Shown here: positions 58,426 through 64,000 of the stretch, one piece after another
Numbering within the stretch: position 1 is the first letter of the stretch
Layout: each line of letters begins with the position of its first letter
From: Roseovarius sp.
GTDB taxonomy: Bacteria; Pseudomonadota; Alphaproteobacteria; Rhodobacterales; Rhodobacteraceae
Reading direction: 5' to 3'
Assembly: GCA_963691795.1 (NCBI GenBank)
Contig: OY829373.1
Span: 3,216,810-3,280,809 of the forward strand
DNA length: 64,000 nucleotides
Notes under the pieces: generated by a model
Database searches by the model: none
What the model was told of the DNA's origin: nothing
The model's input: the letters and a program-made list of their open reading frames with translations, nothing else
Translations under genes and position numbers: made by a program

Positions 58426-59574
58426 TTAAGCCGTCACGTCATGCTCATAAAGCCAGTCGAACTGGTGCATCATGCGCCCGGGCATGAAACGGCCGCCAAG
58501 GCGGATCGCCTGATGTGCGGCCCATCGCAAGAGCGGGAAGGCCAGATGGTATTTCCAGGCATTCGCATTGGCCGCATCTACAACCTTAATCACCCGGTCC
58601 CGCCGCCGCGTCTGGTAGGCGGCCAACCGGGTCTCAATGCGCCCGGGCAGCGACAGCGCCTCTGCCAGGACCCAGGCATCCTCCAGAGCCATGTTTGCAC
58701 CCTGTGCGAGGAAAGGCAGCATGGGATGGGCCGCATCGCCCATCAGCGCCGCACCCTCACCGTACCAGCTTTGCGGTACGGGATGGCGGAACAGACCCCA
58801 CAGATGCACCCGGTCCAGCCCTTGCAGCATCTCCTGCACATCCGGTCCGAAATCGGCAAAAGCGGCGCGCAGATTGGCAGGGTCATCCTGCTGGCTCCAG
58901 CTTTCATCCTGCCACGCGGCCCGTTCCTGTACCGCGACAAGGTTCAGCATCTCCCCGCCCCGCAAAGGGTAACTCACCAGATGTCGGTGCGGGCCCATGT
59001 GAACCCGCGCCTCGGGGCCGCGATTGCGCGTGTTGGGCACGATGGCGCGCCACGCCACCTGCCCGGTGAAAAAGGGTTGCATCGTGCCGCAGACTGCTTG
59101 TCGTACGACCGAGTGCAACCCGTCCGCGCCAATCACCAAATCAGGCGTGATCTCCCGCCCGTCAGCCAGCTGCAGCACGGGGCGCGTGCCAGGTTCCAGC
59201 CCTGTCATCCGGACGGAAAGCTTCAGGTCAACCCCCGCCTTGCCTGCCCCGTCAACCAGCAGGTCGATCAGGTCAGCACGATGCACAAAGAAGTAATCGC
59301 GCGATTGCAGAAGGCTGAGATCAAGCAGAGTACGCGAGGTGCCACGATAATCCAACAGGCGCACGCCGTCGGCCTGAAGCCCCACACGCCGCAGCCCTGT
59401 GCCAAGGCCCAGTGCGTCCAGCACTTTGGCCCCATTAGGCGAGATTTGTAGCCCTGCGCCAACCTCTTCGATCGCCTCAGCCTGTTCCAGCACCGTGACC
59501 CGCGCCCCGCGCTGGGCGAGTGCTTGCGCCACTGCAAGCCCACCGATCCCGGCGCCTACCACGTAAATGTTCAT
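58426..59574 (-). CDS. FAD-dependent aromatic-ring monooxygenase (salicylate hydroxylase-like)
   Basis: GxGxxG VVGAGIGGLA at the N-terminus, DLVIGADG, and GDAAHPMLPFLAQG. Confidence 0.85.
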   Translation of the reverse strand: MNIYVVGAGIGGLAVAQALAQRGARVTVLEQAEAIEEVGAGLQISPNGAKVLDALGLGTGLRRVGLQADGVRLLDYRGTSRTLLDLSLLQSRDYFFVHRADLIDLLVDGAGKAGVDLKLSVRMTGLEPGTRPVLQLADGREITPDLVIGADGLHSVVRQAVCGTMQPFFTGQVAWRAIVPNTRNRGPEARVHMGPHRHLVSYPLRGGEMLNLVAVQERAAWQDESWSQQDDPANLRAAFADFGPDVQEMLQGLDRVHLWGLFRHPVPQSWYGEGAALMGDAAHPMLPFLAQGANMALEDAWVLAEALSLPGRIETRLAAYQTRRRDRVIKVVDAANANAWKYHLAFPLLRWAAHQAIRLGGRFMPGRMMHQFDWLYEHDVTA

Positions 59575-59715
59575 GCCCTTGACTGTCATGCACCTTCCTC
59601 ACCCATCACCTGCGCGCCCTCATCCTTTCAATGAAATGGGTCAAATATCACTCTTCACCAAAAAAACGCCGAAGCGTTGGCCCCGGCGTTTCTAAGATCT
59701 TTCATGCGGTGCGCA

Positions 59716-60138
59716 TTAGTCGTCGCGATGGACCTTTTCACGGCGCTCGTGACGTTCCTGAGCCTCGAGACTCATCGTCGCAATTGGACGTGCGTCCAGC
59801 CGCTTGAGACTGATCGCGTCACCGGTGACTTGGCAGTAGCCGTATTCACCTTCGTCCATACGGCGCAGAGCGGAATCGATCTTGGCGACAAGTTTGCGTT
59901 GGCGATCCCGTGTACGCAGCTCCAGCGCCCGGTCGGTTTCTTCGCTGGCACGGTCTGCCACGTCCGGAATCGCTCGAGTGCTGTCCTGCAAGCCTTCGAT
60001 AGTGTCGCGGCTGCCTTCTAGTAGTTCTTCTTTCCAAACGAGCAGCTTACGCCGGAAGTACTCCAACTGTCGTTCGTTCATAAAAGGTTCATCTTCTGCA
60101 GGTCGATAGTCGTCAGGCAAAAAAACCTCTGCTTTCAT
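59716..60138 (-). CDS. dksA: RNA polymerase-binding transcription factor DksA (zinc-finger-less variant)
   Basis: Coiled-coil tip DVADRASEETD. The C-terminal YGYCQVTGDAISLKRLDARPIATMSLEAQE keeps only 1 of the 4 canonical Cys. Start is set at ATG 60138. Confidence 0.9.
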   Translation of the reverse strand: MKAEVFLPDDYRPAEDEPFMNERQLEYFRRKLLVWKEELLEGSRDTIEGLQDSTRAIPDVADRASEETDRALELRTRDRQRKLVAKIDSALRRMDEGEYGYCQVTGDAISLKRLDARPIATMSLEAQERHERREKVHRDD

Positions 60139-60328
60139 GTCGGTGTCCCTTTCTATGGCGGTGTTCCATGCGCGCATCCAGCAAACACCACCCTCCCCGT
60201 ATGAGGCCGAAATACACTGCTCACCGGAGAATGTCACTAGGCAATAACGTGCCATTGATGTGATTTCACCAAGCGACTAGGGTGCCGCCGACGCGGCCTT
60301 TCACCGTTTGCAAAAGGGTTGAACAGCA

Positions 60329-61168
60329 ATGAAATTTTCCGGAACTGATTCTTACGTGGCGACCGAAGACCTAACGGTGGCGGTGAATGCGGCCGTCACT
60401 TTGGAGCGCCCGCTGCTCGTGAAGGGAGAACCCGGAACCGGCAAGACAGAACTCGCCCGACAGGTCTCTCAGGCGCTTGGGCTGCCAATGCTGGAATGGA
60501 ACATTAAATCCACCACCCGCGCCCAGCAGGGCCTATACGAGTATGACGCGGTCAGCCGCCTGCGCGACAGCCAGTTGGGCGAGGAACGCGTTCATGACGT
60601 GGCCAATTACATAAAAAAAGGCAAGCTTTGGCAGGCATTTGAGGCTAAGGACAAGGTGGTCCTGCTAATCGATGAAATCGACAAGGCCGATATCGAGTTT
60701 CCCAATGACCTTTTGCAGGAACTCGACAAGATGGAGTTCTATGTCTACGAAACCGGCGAAACGATCCGCGCCCGAACCCGACCCATCGTGATCATCACCT
60801 CCAACAATGAAAAGGAACTGCCCGACGCCTTCCTGCGCCGCTGTTTCTTCCACTATATCCGCTTCCCCGACCCCGAGACGATGAAGAAGATCGTCGAGGT
60901 GCACCACCCCGGCATCAAGGAACAGCTTCTGACCACTGCGCTGACCCAGTTCTACGAGATACGGGAACAATCAGGCCTGAAGAAAAAGCCCTCAACCTCC
61001 GAGGTGCTGGACTGGCTCAAACTGATCCTCGCCGAGGACTTGACAGCCGAGGATCTGCGGCGTGGTGGCTCGGACGCGTTGCCCAAGCTGCACGGGGCGC
61101 TTTTGAAGAACGAACAAGACGTGCATCTGTTCGAGCGCATGGCCTTCATGGCACGGCGGCAAAATTGA
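60329..61168 (+). CDS. MoxR-like AAA+ ATPase
   Basis: Walker A GEPGTGKT, Walker B VLLIDEIDKA, about 280 aa. Confidence 0.88.
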   Translation: MKFSGTDSYVATEDLTVAVNAAVTLERPLLVKGEPGTGKTELARQVSQALGLPMLEWNIKSTTRAQQGLYEYDAVSRLRDSQLGEERVHDVANYIKKGKLWQAFEAKDKVVLLIDEIDKADIEFPNDLLQELDKMEFYVYETGETIRARTRPIVIITSNNEKELPDAFLRRCFFHYIRFPDPETMKKIVEVHHPGIKEQLLTTALTQFYEIREQSGLKKKPSTSEVLDWLKLILAEDLTAEDLRRGGSDALPKLHGALLKNEQDVHLFERMAFMARRQN

Positions 61169-61491
61169 TCTGTAGCTTCGGTGGTTGAAGGCCCGGGGCG
61201 TATAAGCACCTCAAACAAGCACGCCCCGAACCACACTCAAAATCTTGTGTTTCATGTCAGTGCCAAAGGCATTACCTCTGGTAAATTGAGACACACATTA
61301 TTCTGGGCACAGGGCAAAAAAGGGCGGCACGTCATGAAAGTTCGGGTTTTCCCAAATCAATCTGACCATGCCGGTGTGCGCCCCGAATATGCCCCGGTTC
61401 CTCCTTATCGCGGTCAGAAGAGCGCGCTAGATCAAGGCCTGAAAGACAACGCGTGGTACAATGCGCGCCAAGTGCAGAACGGGACCGCATC

Positions 61492-62904
61492 GTGATTGAG
61501 TTTTCCAGTTTGAACCTGCGTTGGGTTGCAACGCTCCCCCTATGCATAGTGGCCTCTTTTGTGCTGGCGGGGTGCATGGGTTCTTCCTCGGACGTAACGT
61601 CACGGGCAGCGACGCCAGAGCAGACGAGTCTGCCCGCCATGAAAACCTTCGGTCCACCTACGCCCACCGCACCAGCGCGCTCTAACCAGGACATGCAGCG
61701 TGACTTTCTGGAACTGGCATTCCAACTGGAATCCGGCCGCCAGCTTGAGACGTTCTCGCGCTTTGAAGGCCCAATCTCGATCCGCGTTACCGGTAACCCG
61801 CCGCCCACGCTGATGCCCGACCTCAAACGCTTGATCAGCCGCCTGCGCAACGAGGCTGGGATCAACATTGCACAGACCCAGACCAACAGCCTCGAACAAT
61901 CCGTCATCACGATCGAGGCCGTCTCCCGTGCCGATATCCGCCGCTTTTTGCCCAAGGCTGCCTGTTTTGTAGTGCCCAATGTCTCCAGCCTGAAAGAATA
62001 CCGCAGTGCGCGGCATTCGGCGCAAACCAACTGGTCTGCGCTGGAACGCCGCACCAAGATCGCGGTCTTCATTCCGGGAGACAGCCCACCGCAAGAGGTA
62101 CGCGATTGCCTGCATGAAGAACTGGCTCAGGCGCTTGGCCCACTCAACGACCTCTACCGCCTGCCCGACAGCGTCTTCAACGACGACAACGTGCACACCG
62201 TGCTGACCGGGTTCGATATGCTGGTGCTCAGGGCCTATTACGCGCCAGAGCTGCGCTCGGGCATGTCCCGGGCCGAGGTGGCGCGCCGTCTGCCTGCCAT
62301 CCTCGCCCGTCTTAATCCACGGGGGCAAAATGTGAGCCCACAAACCCTGCCCCGCACGCCACGGGCATGGATCCGCTCCATCCAGACAGCCCTTGGCCCC
62401 GACACGGGCCCCAGCCAGCGCCGCCGCGCCGCGTCAGAGGCGTTGCGGATCGCGCAGACCCAGGGCTGGACCGATCACCGCCTCGGCTTCAGCCATTTCG
62501 CGCTGGCCCGGCTGACCCAGTCAACCGACTCCGAAACCGCCTTCCGCAATTTCGTCGCCGCGCAGCTGGCCTATCGCCGCGCCCCGGGAACCGAGCTGCA
62601 TCAGGCCTATTCCGCCTCGCAGTTGGCCGCTTATGCCATCAGCCAGGGTCAGGGACGGGACGCGCTAACACTGCTTGATCCACAGGTGCCCATCGCTAAA
62701 CGCTACGAAAACGCCGCCCTTCTGGCGACGCTGCAAATGCTGCGCGCCGAGGCGCTGGCCCTTGAGGGACGCGTCGCAGAGGCGCAGGCAGTGCGGCTGG
62801 ACAGTCTGGGCTGGGCGCGATACGGGTTCGGCACGGATTGGGCGGTCCGCGCGAAACTGCGGGAAATTGCATCGCTCAGCCCGGTAAAACCGACCGGCGG
62901 GTGA
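61492..62904 (+). CDS. lipoprotein with DUF2927-like N-terminal half and helical-repeat C-terminal half
   Basis: GTG 61492. Lipobox LAGC after a hydrophobic signal (TLPLCIVASFVLAGCMGS). The HEELAQALGPLND region resembles DUF2927 from memory. Confidence 0.65.
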   Translation: MIEFSSLNLRWVATLPLCIVASFVLAGCMGSSSDVTSRAATPEQTSLPAMKTFGPPTPTAPARSNQDMQRDFLELAFQLESGRQLETFSRFEGPISIRVTGNPPPTLMPDLKRLISRLRNEAGINIAQTQTNSLEQSVITIEAVSRADIRRFLPKAACFVVPNVSSLKEYRSARHSAQTNWSALERRTKIAVFIPGDSPPQEVRDCLHEELAQALGPLNDLYRLPDSVFNDDNVHTVLTGFDMLVLRAYYAPELRSGMSRAEVARRLPAILARLNPRGQNVSPQTLPRTPRAWIRSIQTALGPDTGPSQRRRAASEALRIAQTQGWTDHRLGFSHFALARLTQSTDSETAFRNFVAAQLAYRRAPGTELHQAYSASQLAAYAISQGQGRDALTLLDPQVPIAKRYENAALLATLQMLRAEALALEGRVAEAQAVRLDSLGWARYGFGTDWAVRAKLREIASLSPVKPTGG

Positions 62905-62932
62905 GTTGCCGGGTGAACAGACGGGTGAGGCA

Positions 62933-63100
62933 ATGTTTGTAATTATCGGGGCTCTGCTGGGCGCGGTCAGCGGCGGTGTGATCGCCGCCAAACGCAAGGG
63001 ATCGCGGGCCGATATCCTGCAATATGCGCTGGTCTACTGCATGCTTTTCGCCGTTGTAGGCCTGTTCGCGACATTGATTATCCACCGCGTCTCTATTTGA
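62933..63100 (+). CDS. small two-TM membrane protein
   Basis: ATG 62933 after GGTGAGG. The 55-aa product has two hydrophobic helices flanking KRKGSR. Confidence 0.45.
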   Translation: MFVIIGALLGAVSGGVIAAKRKGSRADILQYALVYCMLFAVVGLFATLIIHRVSI

Positions 63101-63108
63101 GGCAACGC

Positions 63109-64000
63109 ATGTTCCAGCCTTTTTTTCAGAATTTACGACAGGCGGGCATCCCGGTCTCCCTGCGCGAATACCTGACCTTTCTGGAAGGCATGGGGCGCAA
63201 CCTTGTCACCTATGATGTCGAAGGCTTCTACTACCTCGCCCGTGCGGCGATGGTGAAGGATGAACGCCTGATTGACCGCTTCGACCGCGCTTTCGCCGCC
63301 AGTTTCGAGGGGCTTGAGGCGATCACCTCCGAACAGGTGCTCGAGGCCGTCGACCTGCCGCAGGAATGGCTGGAAAAGATGGCCGAAAAGCACCTCACGG
63401 CCGAAGAAAAAGCCGAGATCGAGGCGCTTGGCGGATTCGACAAGCTGATGGAGACGCTTAAAGAGCGGCTCAAGGAACAGGAAGGGCGTCACCAGGGCGG
63501 AAACAAGTGGATCGGTACGGCGGGCACCTCGCCCTTCGGAGCTTATGGCTACAACCCGGAAGGCGTGCGCATCGGCCAGTCCGAAAGCCGCCACCAACGG
63601 GCCGTCAAGGTCTGGGACAAGCGCGAGTTTCGCAACTTCGACGACAGCGTGGAACTGGGCACGCGCAACATCAAGGTAGCGCTGAAACGCCTGCGCAACT
63701 GGGCGCGTGAGGGGGCAGAGGAGGAGCTGGACCTCAACGGCACAATCCGCGCCACGGCAGAAAATGGCTATCTAGATGTCAAGATGCGCCCTGAGCGGCA
63801 CAATGCGGTCAAGGTGCTGCTCTTTCTCGATGTAGGCGGGTCCATGGACCCCCATATCAAGGTGGTAGAAGAACTGTTTTCCGCTGCCCGGACCGAGTTC
63901 AAACATCTCGATTACTACTATTTTCACAACTGCCTCTACGAGGGTGTCTGGCGCGACAACCGCCGCCGCTGGTCCGAACAGACCCCCACCGATGAGGTGC
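63109..64000 (+). CDS. VWA-domain (CoxE-like) protein, 3'-truncated by window end
   Basis: ATG 63109 opens a frame that stays open to the window end and is therefore not in the ORF track. It carries a MIDAS-like LLFLDVGGSMD and is the typical partner of MoxR ATPases. Confidence 0.8.
   Translation, partial: MFQPFFQNLRQAGIPVSLREYLTFLEGMGRNLVTYDVEGFYYLARAAMVKDERLIDRFDRAFAASFEGLEAITSEQVLEAVDLPQEWLEKMAEKHLTAEEKAEIEALGGFDKLMETLKERLKEQEGRHQGGNKWIGTAGTSPFGAYGYNPEGVRIGQSESRHQRAVKVWDKREFRNFDDSVELGTRNIKVALKRLRNWAREGAEEELDLNGTIRATAENGYLDVKMRPERHNAVKVLLFLDVGGSMDPHIKVVEELFSAARTEFKHLDYYYFHNCLYEGVWRDNRRRWSEQTPTDEV

Noticed and set aside
58315-59451. 378-aa + strand ORF
   Set aside because: It is antisense to the FAD monooxygenase, which has clear GxGxxG and GDAAH motifs. 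Its Arg/Pro/Gln-rich composition is typical of reverse-frame ORFs in high-GC DNA.
61181-62072. ORFs 61181-61495 (+) and 61332-62072 (-) around the MoxR / lipoprotein junction
   Set aside because: The first lies in a lower-GC spacer with no motif or RBS. The second is antisense to the lipoprotein gene, which has a clear signal peptide and lipobox.

Overview
High-GC alphaproteobacterial chromosome segment. The Rhodobacteraceae-like assignment is an inference from a GAAC-N7-GAAC SOS box, a roughly 1200-aa NrdJ and the gene content. Most of the window is densely packed housekeeping genes, many joined by 4-nt ATGA/GTGA overlaps: pyrE, dnaB, a DEAD-box helicase, a class III cyclase, alr-mlaE-mlaF-pqiA-like, radA, cvpA, purF, bioY, nrdJ, tRNA-Pro(UGG), a two-domain csp, pdxH, fabI, gpt, ppiD-like, trpE, trpG-trpD-trpC-moaC-moeA, lexA, comEC, gltX, gltA, ccmF-ccmH, dgt, erpA, xthA, dksA and a MoxR/VWA cluster. 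The stand-out is a three-gene, translationally coupled minus-strand cassette at 52312-54769. It starts with a 140-aa peptide built from six 21-aa repeats, each ending in an invariant FTSSM pentapeptide, and the last repeat ends at the C-terminus. Next is a 376-aa protein with no motif I can assign to a family, followed by a DMT/EamA transporter. The layout resembles a multi-core RiPP or peptide-derived metabolite locus with an unrecognised maturase. It sits behind an unusually AT-rich control region carrying repeated CCACAGG / TTATCCACA motifs. Other points of interest are a MITE-like inverted-repeat element in about three copies, two smaller repeat families, three decayed or frameshifted genes (a Tat-signal agmatine-deiminase-family gene, a LysE-family gene read through into gpt, and a GNAT remnant), an NrdR box upstream of nrdJ, a 30-bp perfect palindrome next to tRNA-Pro, and identical tandem ATCCACA motifs upstream of both dnaB and lexA. 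All family calls come from motif recognition by eye; no database search was possible.
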